Assembly: GCF_006345805.1 (NCBI RefSeq)
Contig: NC_042997.1
Location: 109,554,001 to 109,618,000 of the forward strand
Direction: 5' to 3'
DNA from: Octopus sinensis
Lineage: Eukaryota
DNA length: 64,000 nucleotides
Positions within the stretch are counted from its first letter, which is position 1, and each line of letters opens with the position of its first letter. Below are positions 26,266-39,854 of the stretch, piece by piece. Under the pieces are notes generated by a model. That model did not search any database. It saw nothing but the letters and a program-made list of their open reading frames with translations, and was not told where the DNA came from. The position numbers and the translations under genes are program-made.

Positions 26266-26404
26266 GATGTTGATTTTAAATATGTGTCTATTTGTGTGAA
26301 GATGAAGATGTATACGGTATGTACCCGAGATTAAGAAAGAGTACGTGGGTACAGCTTGTTCTGTTATTGAGGTATGAAGACATTTTGTCTCATTTTTTTT
26401 GTGT

Positions 26405-26464
<60 letters not shown>

Positions 26465-27048
26465 ATGTGTGTGTGTATGTGTGTGTGTGTGCGGTAATAT
26501 GTGTATGCGTGTGGTTCTTTGTATGAGCGTTTTATGGTTACATATATATATGTAATTAAATTAACCACCGTTTATGCAATATTATACACACACAGGTGTA
26601 TTCGTATTTACGTGTATATCTGGGTGTCTATGAGGAGAAGAATATACTTCTCTACGTGTGTGTGTGTGTGTGTTGTGTGTGTGTTTGTGTGCGTGCATGC
26701 GTGTGTGTGTATGTGTGTGCGTGCGTGCGTGTGTGTGTGTGTGTGTGTGGCAATCTATATACGTATCTGCGAGCATTTAGAAACATGTGTTATACACATA
26801 TATGTGAACATATGCATGAATATATGAATGCATGTATGTAGGTGATCATGTGTGTTTGTGTACGTATGTATATGCATGTATGTGTGTGTGTGCATGTGTG
26901 TTTGTATGCGTGAGTCTGTGTTCGTACGCGTGCGTGCATGTGCTTGTGTGTGTATGTAGCAACCTTATACGTATAGAGCTAATGTTACCACACACACATA
27001 CACACATACACACACACACAGACACGCACGCACACACACACACACACA

Positions 27049-27118
<70 letters not shown>

Positions 27119-27746
27119 TGTGTGTGTGTGTGTATACAGATATACCTATGAGTATAATTCCTCGTAGACAGGCATCGGAGACAGAAATTAACATAACCAC
27201 ACACGCGCACGCACGCACGCACACACACCCACACACACACAAACACACACACATACACATGCACATGTACAACTATACACAAACAATCTTTCTCAACCGC
27301 ATCTAAACAAGCCTACACACACACACACATACACACACACCATCTTATAATCTTTTTTTAGACTCAGAAATGAACTTTTCAAGTAACTGTGAAATATTGT
27401 AATTTGAATCAAGGAATCTATGGAGAAAGCAAAGAGAAAAATGGAAGAAACACAGAACGCAGAGCCAATGCATTACCAAAATCCTATTTAGAAACGGAAA
27501 GAAAGAGCTTCAAGGAAGTTTTCGCATCAGCTAATTCCAGCGTCAACAAATGCATTTATAAAGCAACTAATTGTTATTTATCTATCCTTATTCCTATCTC
27601 TTTGTCTCTCTATCTTTCTATGCATGAATATATATATATGTGTGTGTGTGTGTATTTATGTATATTTACATCTATGTACTAATCTGTGTATCTGCTCATC
27701 TTATCTATTTATATATCTATCTATCTATCTATCTTCCTATCTCTCA

Positions 27747-27791
<45 letters not shown>

Positions 27792-27966
27792 ATTGTCCCA
27801 TTTTGTGTATATATATATATATATATATATACCTATCTATTTATCTGTGTCTGTCTGTCTGTTAGTCTATCTGTACCCACTTATTTGAGCGCATGTATAT
27901 GTATATCTATACTTGTAACTTTCTAATGAATATATGCACACACACATATATATGTACATACGTATA

Positions 27967-28001
<35 letters not shown>

Positions 28002-28492
28002 GTGAATATCTTTATATATAATATATATATATATCTATACTATACACACGCACTTATATATGTATGTATTTACATATATTTATATATATCCATACACACA
28101 TGTGTACGTATGTATGTATACATGTATATATATGTATGTATGTACGTATGTATGCATGTATGTATGTGTGTATGTGTGTATGTATGTGTGTATGTATGCA
28201 TGTATGTATGTATGTATGTATGTATGTATGTATGTATGTATGTATGTATGTATGTATGTACTAGAAACATTTATAAATGAGTGCAGAAAATATTGTGTAG
28301 ATCGATTTTAACATAATTACAAATTCTGTCTCCGGAAAGAACATTGCACCAAATTTGAAACAGGTCTCCAATTAGAATGTATTTCATTCAATTAAAATGT
28401 CATTTTAAACTACCTGAATATCTGTATGATTGTATATATGCACATGCATGTGTGTATGTATGTATATATATTATATATATATGTATATATAT

Positions 28493-28530
<38 letters not shown>

Positions 28531-28567
28531 ATAAGAGATATAGAGGAGAGAGGAAGAGAGAGAGATG

Positions 28568-28614
<47 letters not shown>

Positions 28615-29039
28615 TAGATGATAGATAGATGGGTGTGCGTTATGTATATAGATGTGTACGTGTCTCTGTGTGTATATAGATACGTATGTTTCTGTGTGTA
28701 TGAGTGTGTGCATCTATTATTTTTAGCTACGATTATTATTATTATTGTTGTTGTTGTTGTTATTTTTGTTGTTGTTTTTGTTGTTGTTGTTGTTATTTAC
28801 CATAACGGTTCGATCTATCAACTTGGGGAAGAATCTAATTTTAATGGAGTTGCACTGTAAGCAAATATGTCGATTATACGCAGAATCAATCCCAATATAC
28901 ATAGAAAAAAACACAGAAGATGACATATGCAACCTTTCAAAAGCGACCACCGCAGGGGAAAATACCCAATGAACATTTACTATTTAGAACTTAAAAAAAG
29001 GGTGAGTGATAAGAAAATGGTTTGGGTAAATAAATGAAG

Positions 29040-29820
29040 GATCTTTTCTCTTTGGCTGCCACATTTAAATTTCTTCAATTTTTGTTCCAATTGGTTTCAT
29101 ATTTGGTGTACTAATGTAGTTTTGTATGGTAATAAATGACATGAAATTCATTTTCACCTTAAATCAACAAATAAAGTGTTAATAGCTTTTAAAGTTTGCA
29201 AATTTTAGCCAATCGAAAGCCATACATATATAGGTGCCTGTTTCCATAGTAACAAACTAGGCTGTTATCAGGCTGCTTACTCTGATGTTGTCCTATGAAG
29301 CCACTTGGTGATTTTTCCGCTTACTAAATGCTTAAAACATCAGGTATGAGGTGATCGTAAGATGTGCTAAAAATAATAGCTATATAAGCCTTAAACCACG
29401 CGCCAAAAAACTGTTTTTCTTTTTTTTTTTGATTTTTTTCATAATCGCATTTTCATTTGTAGAATACAAATTCGCAAAAATTTTCTGAAAATTCCAAAAA
29501 GTAAAAAAGCTTATGATGGATTATATGTCGTGCGTAAAGCAGAATACCGTCAGTGTTTCATTCGTTTACACTTTCATACGTGCTATTTTCGCCATGTTAA
29601 CAACTCGTGCAGTCACGCACAAAATGACAGCTTCCAACTCCTGTTTTCTGGCTGGTTAAAAATGATCAAACTTTAAACTTCTGTAATTTTTTTAATTGTT
29701 TCTAGAATTTTTAAATTATCTCATGAGGTTCAGCGTGAAAAATTACATTAATACACCAAATTAAAAAATTTTCACTCAACTTCAAAATTTCCTTGGGTGC
29801 AGCCAAACAGAAAAGTTCCT
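29040..29820. mobile_element. Old MITE or DNA-transposon remnant with eroded TIRs
   Basis: Two blocks (CTTTTCT.TTTGGCTGC and ATTTGGTGTA.TAATGTA.TTTT) occur inverted at 29040-29125 and 29738-29820. Confidence 0.4.
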
Positions 29821-29860
29821 AAATAGATAATTTATTAAATTAATTGATTAAATAAATAAA

Positions 29861-30247
29861 GATGTGGTGGCCTGGTAAGAAACTTGCTTCCCTACCTCGT
29901 GGTTCCGGGTTCAGTGCCACTGCGTCTCACCTTGAATGTCTTCTACTATAGTTTCGAGTCGACCAAAGTCTTGTAAGATCATTTGAAAGCGGAAACTGAA
30001 AGACTGTCGTGTGTGTGTGTGTGTGTGTGTTCGTCCAGCGCTTGACAACCATTGTTGGTGTGTTTACGTTCCTGTAACATAGCGGTTCTGTAAAAGAGAG
30101 CGATAGAATAAGTACCAAATTTTAAAGTAATTATTATAAGCCCTTGGACCGAGTCATTCGATGAAGAATTTCTGAAGGCGGTGCCCCCAGCATGGCCGCA
30201 GCCTCACGACTAAAACAAGTGAAAGGTAAAAGATAAAAGATAAAAGA
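29861..30247 (+). mobile_element. SINE family A, near full length, diverged
   Basis: Head TGGTAAGAAACTTGCTTCCC..GGTTCCGGGTTCAG and tail ending GGTAAAAGATAAAAGATAAAAG. Confidence 0.8.
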
Positions 30248-31074
30248 CTTAGGAGGAAACAGAGGTTAAAGAATAAAGAATAAATCGACGTAAATGAAAG
30301 TAAATTTGAATTGATAAACAAGACATTTCACAGGCCTTTTTGTATATAATCCGTTTCGCTATAAAAGTTTGGTCAGAGTTCCATGCTATTGGTGAGGTTG
30401 ATAGGAATTCTAATGGAAAGAAAGTCGAAATTGTCAGTAAAGAGATCACGTGGGAAAAAATTAAACACCTCACGTAATGTTAGGAATTAATGGGAGTATA
30501 ACCAGCTGACGTTCTGGAACAGGGTAGGAGATGTAGTGAGTGATATTGTAATCACATTGATTAAGTGTAGAATAGTTTACCAGTCCCTTGAAACTGAAGA
30601 GATATCAAATACTAGTTACAGGCGTTGAGGAAAAAATTTCAGTCAAATCATGGTATTTTCATCAACAGAATCTAGGATATATAACAGATTTGTTGAATTG
30701 CTTGATGTACGACCAACAGTCACTGCTACTACTGATATTTCGGCCGCTGGCCATTTCCACATTTATAACCAACGAATCTAGTCAAAGCACAAGACAGCCA
30801 TTATGCTCCCCACCACAAAACACCACCACGTGGATTCTGTTGAGACTAGTATGGAACAATTATGAACTTCTTTTATTACATTTAACTTTTAAAAATATTT
30901 TTGATAAGGTTCGTTTTTTCAAGAAGAACCGAAACATGTAAAATCTCTAAGAAAATTAAAATATATCTTATATAGTGGCGTTTTCAAACTTCTAATATAT
31001 ATATATATGTCCCTGAGTTTTAATATGAATTTCGATCTTGTACAAGGCACTTCAGATATCACCTTTAATGTTTT

Positions 31075-31230
31075 ATGACAGAAGAGTATTGAACAAGAAC
31101 TTCCTCCTTATCAAGCTTTTGTTGATCTGACGCGAGATTTTGACAGTAAATAGAAAGTTACTGTGGGGAATTCTAGAATACTGACGGGCTCAACAATGTT
31201 CCTTAATATGATTGTTCAGACCACAAATGG
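31075..31230 (+). pseudogene. RTE-type reverse transcriptase fragment
   Basis: Translation QKSIEQELPPYQAFVDLTRDFDS.NRKLLWGILE (one frameshift) matches the RT motif QEKC.EQ..PLY.AF.DLTKAFD.VNR..LW.IL. Confidence 0.7.
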
Positions 31231-31369
31231 TGCACCCGTGACCAATTATGACAAACAGGACGCTCTGCCTGCCATAAGATATTCAGAGAAACAAACTATT
31301 CAGAGAAGAATGAGATTCTTCTTCAATACATTTGCTGCATTCTGAAATTACAATAATTCTGAAGAACGT

Positions 31370-31990
31370 CTAAGTGATATTCATCAGTGTTTCTGGCCAG
31401 CCCCATATTGAACCAAGTGTACTCGTTCAAAGTGTACACGTGCTGGTGTGTTCTTTTGTAGTTTTGTCTCTAGGGACAGGTCCTTGATTATGAGACTGAT
31501 CGATTTTAGAATACGATCGATTTTAGGACACTTTATACACGCCCCACTTCCTTACAGATTCCAGAACTCCTCCTGGGACAACTTTAGTTTTTGTTCTCTC
31601 TGAGTAGAAAGCATACACAGCCGCAGATTACAAGTACGTAATCAGAATGTAAAAGCCAAAAGAAATGGCATCAAGTTGATTATGGCTTGGCCAAAATGGG
31701 AGGCATTTGTCCTTAATCTTTTGAACCTTGTCCATCACACCACCTCTCCCAATATGGTCAATGCACAGTGGAACACTGCCTGCCCTAGGTGGGGGACGAG
31801 ACGATCCATGCGATGGACTCGGCCGATTATTATATTTGTCTTACACATGCCTGCCCTTGGTGGGTGATGAGGCGTTCCTCGCGATGGAGTTGGACGATTA
31901 TTGGATTTGTCTTACACTTGATAACAACTGTTTTTCAGTATAACTCCACATGTCAGCATTTTTTCTAAAGTGGCCCTCAGATATATAACT
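31370..31990 (-). mobile_element. Possible degenerate LINE 3' fragment, family unresolved
   Basis: Composition is more GC-balanced than the flanks, with partial reading frames on the minus strand. No decisive motif. Confidence 0.3.
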
Positions 31991-32306
31991 GCTGTTTAAT
32001 CAATAAAGGGACATAACTAAATACCAATCGTCAATTTATTTGGAGCTCCAACGAGTGTAACCAATGCAGTTTTATCTGGATGGTGTAACATTGATGAACA
32101 CCAGCTTGTGTTTCGTTCAAATATTTTATTATTGACAATTTTGTTGTAAGAAACTAACCCTGTTTAAGTCACGACAAACAGAATGTGTATGTTTGCGTAT
32201 GTCCTCTGTCTGTGTCTATCTACCAATATCTATCTGTGTGTGTGTGTGTATGTGTGCATTATAGATAGATACATAGAAAGATAGAAAGACAGAAAGATAG
32301 GCAGAC

Positions 32307-32366
<60 letters not shown>

Positions 32367-32380
32367 CCCTGTATAGATGC

Positions 32381-32516
32381 AGGCGTGACTATGTGGTAAG
32401 AAGCTTGCTTCCCAACCACATGGTTCCAGGTTCAGTTCCACTGCGTGGCACATCGGGCTGGCCAAAGTCTTGTGAGTGGATTTGGTAGACAGAAACTAGA
32501 AGCCTGTCGTGTATAT

Positions 32517-32594
<78 letters not shown>

Positions 32595-32815
32595 GTGTGT
32601 GTGTATGTGTGTGTGTGTATGTGTGTGTCTGTGTGGGTATATATATACTTTTATTCTTTTACTGCGGCTATCATGGAGGACCGCCTTTAGTTGAACAAAT
32701 CGGCCCCAGGACTTATGGGGCCTAGTACTTATTCTATCCGTCTCTTTTGCCGAGCCGCTAAGATACGGGGACATAAACACACCAACATTAAGCGATGGTA
32801 GGGGAAAAACACAGA
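32381..32815. mobile_element. SINE family A head (+) followed by a family A tail (-)
   Basis: Head at 32381-32515 on the plus strand, then a (TG)n tract, then tail motifs (CCGCCTTTAG, CTTTTGCCGAGCCGCTAAG) on the minus strand at 32645-32815. Confidence 0.75.
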
Positions 32816-33476
32816 CACACACACACAATCACACACACAATCACACACACACTCAGACACACACACACACTCACACACACACACACTCACCCCACCCCCC
32901 CACACACACGCAAGTACACTTTTAATAACATATGGTGGCGTCAAATCAACCACAAAGAGAAAGAAGACAGCAAGGAAGAGAAGAGAGAATGAAAGTTAAT
33001 TCAATAGAAAGAGAGAAAGAAGAGGAAGGAAAGATATGGAGAAAGAAAGAGAAGGATGAGATGAATTGAAGGAAAATGGAAAGAAAAAGTTAGATCGAAA
33101 GAAGAAAAGAAAACGGAAGAGAAGGTCGATATATATATATATTATATATATATAAAGTATAAAGAGAGAGAGAGAGACAGAGACAGAGAGAGAGAGAGAG
33201 AGAGAGAAGAGGAAAGGCAGGGGAATAGAGAGAGATGGGGAAGGGAGAGGATATCAACGAAACGTGAAAGAATGATGGGAAATATTAAAAAAGAAATGGA
33301 GAAATAATTCTAATGGAGTCGTTGTTGAAAGTACAGATTCTACTGTCAACACAGCATCTACGACAAACATTTCTACGCGCATATACGCCGCATAATTATC
33401 TATATCATGTATACATATATACATATATATATATATCATGTATACATACATACATATATATATATGTGTATATAAT

Positions 33477-33510
<34 letters not shown>

Positions 33511-34024
33511 TATATATATATATATACATAGATGTATGTGTATGTGGGCGTATTTCTATGTGTGTGTTTTATTGGGATGGTTTTGTGCATGTATCATTGC
33601 ACATGTTCTAACAATTTTATCCTCCGCATACATACACAGACACATACACACACATACACAGAAATATTCATGTGCTTATGTATCCACATTTACCTGTGTG
33701 TGCCTTTATTTATCTCTCTAACTAATCTTATAATTATATTCATATACGTACCTACATATTTACATACATGTGTGTGTGTGTATGTATAGACACACGCATA
33801 TATTTATTCCCTGGGGCCAACTGGAACCTGGTGTCTAATTCTGTTGTTTCTGATCACTATTAACTTCCTGTTGGCATCACATGATTTATTACTGTAAAGC
33901 AACTGCTCCTTGTGTTCATCCTGGAAATGGCGAAACTGTCTTATCTCCGGAGTCCATGACACTCTCTCTCTCTCTCTCTTCTCTCTCTCTTACTCTCCGT
34001 CTCTCTCTCTCTCTCCTCACTCTT

Positions 34025-34058
<34 letters not shown>

Positions 34059-34103
34059 CCTCTGTCTCTCTCTGTCTCACTCTCTCTCTCTCTCTCTCTC
34101 TCG

Positions 34104-34171
<68 letters not shown>

Positions 34172-34226
34172 ATCTATCTGTCTATCTATCTATCAATCAT
34201 CTATCTATCTCTCTATCTATCTCTCC

Positions 34227-34257
<31 letters not shown>

Positions 34258-34262
34258 CCTCT

Positions 34263-34296
<34 letters not shown>

Positions 34297-34359
34297 CTCT
34301 CTCTATATATATATATCTATCTATCTATCTATCAATCTATCTATCTCTCTCTCTATCTA

Positions 34360-34487
<128 letters not shown>

Positions 34488-34688
34488 CCTATCTATCTAT
34501 CTCACCTGTCTACTCCACATCAACATTTAATTAACGCTTATAACTCTTCCTGTGTTGCTGCTCCTCTTGTGCAATTTTGGCGACGAAAATTATTGAAATT
34601 ATTTCAAATAAAAGCAATGAAACTGACCAGCAGCGGCAGTAACAGCAGCAGCAGCAGCAGCAGCTGTAGCAGTAGTAGTAGTAGTAGT

Positions 34689-34731
<43 letters not shown>

Positions 34732-34737
34732 CAGCAG

Positions 34738-34769
<32 letters not shown>

Positions 34770-34776
34770 GCAGAAG

Positions 34777-34847
<71 letters not shown>

Positions 34848-34869
34848 AAGTCATTGAATATTTTGAGTC

Positions 34870-35500
34870 TTCAGCAGCGAGCGCTCAGTCTCGCTCAGCT
34901 GGAGTTAATCCAAAACCCTGTTTGCATCCAAGGTCCAGTCAATGCTACGACATCCATGGCACACACACACCTAATTCACAGCTACTTTGAACCCACTTCT
35001 TTTACCTCAGAAGCCTTCTTGATAGCCTATCGCTCACTGGTCCTTTTGATGCTCAGCATGTTGTAAGCCTTGTCCAGGGATTAACCTGCGAACCCTCTCA
35101 TCCTACCGCAGTGGTGCCATTTCACCTTCAGCACCGCTTGTTCGGTACCCACCAGCTCAGCTAATTTGGTTCAATTTTTCTTCTCAATTTGATCCTGCCA
35201 AGAATGATTGAGTCCTAGCGATTCTTCCTGCTTAGATGCTCCCGAGATCAGCGTCATGTCTGCCCTTAGCATTGTTGTGGTGACAGTTTCTGGGAACTGC
35301 ATTCCCTTCCTTAGTTCGTCTTTCAACTCCAAGTATTGCACCATTGATGAAAGGTTAAAAGACATGGTGTTGTCAGTTAATGGCAACTTCATTCTGTTAA
35401 GTGGAGATCCTTACATCTGTGAATCTCTTGGCTTATGTCTAGGGTATTGTTCTTTTGGCCCATGTTGTATCAAGTTGCTTTCTGCTGCCTCAGCCAAGAA
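34870..35500 (-). pseudogene. Hero-type non-LTR retrotransposon 3' fragment (REL endonuclease)
   Basis: Translation [67 protein letters not shown] matches the REL consensus. Confidence 0.75.
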
Positions 35501-35626
35501 GACCCCCAAATCAATCTGGATGCAATAATCATTTTATTTTACTCCCAAACACCTTAGTCTTCCTTCTTCTTTCGTTTTTGTTTTTATATGCATGTATGTA
35601 TGTATTATGTACTTACATTCATAAAT

Positions 35627-35668
<42 letters not shown>

Positions 35669-35689
35669 ACTCGCACACAGGCACACACA

Positions 35690-36372
35690 TGATGGATTCT
35701 CTTGTCGTTAACAACAAATGAGTGTTCAGTAAAATAAAGCATTGATTATGTTCTATGGACATGCATGTGTTTCTTGAGGCCTGCTGGAGCTTTGCAGACC
35801 TTTCAGCAAATAGAACAAGTTGAGGACTCAGTTTGCTTGAGTGCTTCTGGATTATTTATTATGTGTTTTCTTGAGTTGACGGCAAGGCTTGCTTTGCTTC
35901 GTGCCACAAAACCACAATGACAGGTAAGGTTTCCTTTTAAAGGAGCAGCATTTTGCCAGCGTGTCTTCATATTTGCACGAAGTTGGTCCCGACGCTGGAT
36001 CGACTTTGCTGAAAACTTTGAACTGAGGAAAAGCATGGCTGGCACCAGGTCCTACGTTTTGATGCTTTGTTTTCCCAGGAAGAAAAGGGAATGTTGCATC
36101 GTTTCAGATTGTTTTTTAGTTTGTCTTTGAAGCGCGAGAATGGCCTTCCAACTGACCTTCCTATTGAGAATTGGCCAAAGAGAAGTTGCTTTGGTATTCT
36201 GATATCACTCATGCGTGGGAGATGACCAGACCATTGAAGCTGTATTTTGACGAGGATGGCTTCAATACCTGATATGTTGCATTTTGTAAGTACCTCACTT
36301 TTATGAACATGTTCGCTCAGTACTATGTTCGAGATAGTACGCAAGCATCGCATATAATAAGCGTCAAGCTTC
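35690..36372 (-). pseudogene. RTE LINE ORF2 C-terminus with two C2H2-like fingers and 3' UTR
   Basis: KKLDAYYMRCLRTISNI..QLQWSGHLPRMSDIRIPKQLLFGQ..GRPFSRFKDKLKNNLKRCNI..WENKASKRRTW, then CHCGFVARSKASLAVNSRKH and CSIC*KVCKAPAGLKKHMHVH. Confidence 0.88.
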
Positions 36373-36713
36373 TTGATGTATATACATATAGGTAAATGTG
36401 TGTGTGTGTGTGTGTAGATAGATAGATAGTTAGAAGATAAATACATATTTACATACATAAGTACGTACGTATATGCGTACATACATACATACATACATAC
36501 ATACATACATACATACATACATACATACATACATACATACATACATACATCCTGTTAGTTTGTTTACAGAAAACGCTTTCAATATGCGTATAGAAGCTCC
36601 TACTGTATTATGCCGTCTACAGTCTAATGATGCCAACTCGCAATAGCCGCTCTTTGGGGTTGCACTGACCTCTGCTGATATAATGTAAGATGATGATGAT
36701 GATGATGATGATG

Positions 36714-36777
<64 letters not shown>

Positions 36778-36860
36778 CAACAACAACAACAACAACAACA
36801 GCAATAATATAATAATAATAATATAATAATAATAATAATAATCCTTGGGTGGAATTTATA

Positions 36861-38995
36861 AATATTTTAATGCATCGCTACGTGCGTTTCAACAAATCAT
36901 ATGTTTCTTAAAATTGTAGTCCATATTCCTGGGATAATTACAGTGCAGTCTGTAGTATCCATGGACATCGGGTGGATCATGTTCATGCGTTCATTTCTTC
37001 GGGCGATATGGCATTAACGGATTTTAACTGGGGGTTGTTTATGAATTTTGACCAATGATTGGGGTATGTGGGCATTTCTGTGTCTTTGGTAACGGAGATG
37101 GAGGTGTGTGTGGTGATGTTAGACTTATTTGAGTATGCAGATGTCAGGATGGGCAATATGGTTCTTTGGATCTTTTTTTTTTTCGAATTCTAGGAATGAT
37201 TCCTTACATCTATACTTACATAATCTAATAACTTCGGAATGTCTGTTAATTATGTTTTCTCTGGATGTGATGACCTCCAGGGTTTCCTCTAGACATAAGG
37301 TGCATATTCGCGATGTTCTGTTGTATAGTGCAGCATAATTTATAATAGACCAGTGGATCGTATGCTCCTCTGCATTCTGTTTGAGCCTACAGATGAGGTT
37401 AGATAGTGATGTGCAGTGCGTTTTGTTTACATTAGAAAATGTAAGCTGGTTTCGCAGATGATTTTTCGTGGTATCTCCGGTACCACCAATGTACATGTAT
37501 TTCTGTAAACCCGCCTTCACCTCACACTTGTAAATCACATTCTTCATTACGCAGTTGTTGTTAATTCAGCATTCCTCTTTACGTCTACAGTTACATGTTA
37601 TATTATCTTTTCCGGTTCTGTAAGCATAGTTATTACTGGTAATCACACGTTTTACCCCTGTAATCGTGTTCTCATTTTCCTTATTTATGGATTGGATTGC
37701 CAATTGTCTGGCGTTATTCGGATCCGTTTTGTTATTGATGAGCTTTTATTATTCCTATTTGCAACCATTCCATCGTCGTTTATTTTTCTAAGAGCAACGG
37801 GTTTTTTTCTGTATGCCCTCTCTAGTTTCATCCTATTGAGTTTGTATTATTTAGTTTGTGTATGCAGTTTTCTAGATTGTGAGAAGTCGCATATGCTAAT
37901 CTTACATTATACCTGTTGATGATTTTGTGATATTTGGAAGTGTTTGAGAAGATCCTGTCTAAAGTTGCAAAAAATCCCTGACCTATTTTAGATTTTATTT
38001 GTGAATGGAAAATTGAGTTAAACCAAATAATTTTATCACTAAATTTTCCTTTTCTTTTAACATATTGGGTTTGTTAGTGGAATTTGATGCGTCTGCTTCT
38101 ACTGTTTGTTGTTTTGTTGTTTGTTTTTTCATTATTTCTATCGATGTTTAACGTTTCCTCTCTTTCTACCCTTCGCTGCTGTTTCGTAGGTTCTGTTTTA
38201 TATTTATCCTTTATAGTGATGTAATTCTCCTTTCCCCTTTTGGTCCCTATCATATTTACTGTTTTTCTAGGTTCTGGTATTCTGCAGTTATTTATATGAT
38301 TACCCCTTTATTAATAATGCTCTCTGGGTATTGAGCCTTCTCTGTCTTATTCTGTACATATACTATTCTACCCTTATATCCCGCTCTAGCTAGTACTGAG
38401 TTGTAATATGCGGCGTGCCTGTTGAATAATTGTTCATCTGCAGATAGTCAGGATGTTCTGTTACTGATGTTTCTTGAGATGATTCGTAGTATATGTTCCC
38501 GGATACGCAGCTTTAAGTATTCGTTTGGCTTACGGACGTTTCGAACCTTGCATCGATGAAGCTAAGCTTTACCTCTATAATTTTTTTATATTTCTATTTC
38601 TAATCCTAAGTTTTTACACATTTTAAAAAGTGCTTTCTTACAAGTTTTTGATCCTACATTAATACATTAAATTTCGCCCTGTGAACAATGCATCGTCTCT
38701 ATATAATCACCCCTACACTACGTTCAGGAGCCAAGATTTTATTTGTGATAATAACTATATTCCTACTATATTCTTTATTTGAGGCGAGTCGCTGGACCCC
38801 ATTGCTATGTCAAATGAATCTTCCTTGTTCGACTGGGTCCAAAGGTTACCTCCGATTTCTGTTATATGCATAAACATGATCTACTCAATATCCATGGAAA
38901 CTACGGATTGCACTGTAATCATCCCAGGAATACGGATTATGATCATAAGAGACAAGTAGTTAGTGGAAACGCGCGTAGCGATGCATTAAAATATT
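36861..38995 (-). mobile_element. Penelope-like retroelement, 5'-truncated, with an inverted terminal duplication
   Basis: Degenerate RT (FDIAMGS, LYRDDAL at 38692-38703, RKPN, DEQLFNRHAAYYN, IIWFNS), then CNCR..C and a GIY-YIG domain. 36861-36988 is an inverted copy of 38868-38995. Confidence 0.9.
37125..37600 (-). pseudogene. Penelope GIY-YIG endonuclease domain
   Basis: NVIYKCEV..MYIGGTG..TSLSNLICRLK..HWSII..YNRTSRICTLCLEE..INRHSEVIRLC is the PLE GIY-YIG pattern. There is a stop upstream in CNCRRKEEC*. Confidence 0.88.
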
Positions 38996-39022
38996 AATAT
39001 ATTCCCTCCAAAGATTATTATT

Positions 39023-39061
<39 letters not shown>

Positions 39062-39478
39062 TGTATATACGTACTTATGTGCACACATTCATACATACAT
39101 GCATACATACACACATGCATATACATATACATGCACACACACACATACATACATACATACATACATACATACATACATACATACATACATACATACATAC
39201 ATACATACACAACGTTCGTGTCACGAGTAGCTGAAAGTAAAGAAAGTTATAAAAACATTTCAAGAAAAGCAACAGTAATAACATTCACAGCCATTTTGAG
39301 AGAAGAAAATACACAAATAAATAAACGTGTGTGTGCGTGAGTTCTTTGTGATGATAGCTTTGTATTCTTGTATTGTTTTCTTATTAATTGCTGTTCACAA
39401 TCACAAAGATATTTTCGCCTGAAACACTATTTGTTGACACTATAATGTATAATGTACACAATTACTACTACTACTAAC

Positions 39479-39514
<36 letters not shown>

Positions 39515-39818
39515 CACCATTGGTACATCCTTCATTTTTTACGGTGGATTCAGAGAAGAGCAACAATACGGGAAGATGACTACGAAAAAATCAACAACAA
39601 TGAAAATAATGATGACAGCAACGAGAATAACATTAGTGCATAGTGTGACAATAGTATAGAATATAGGTGCATATAGTACATTGACAATGGTATATATTGT
39701 CAAATATACAAACACAAACACACAAGGAGCACATGGTCTATGAAATAAAGTATAAAGAATTTTAAATATTCCCACATGTTAAGAGGAGGAAATAATACAT
39801 GTATTCGAGTGTGTCTGC

Positions 39819-39854
<36 letters not shown>

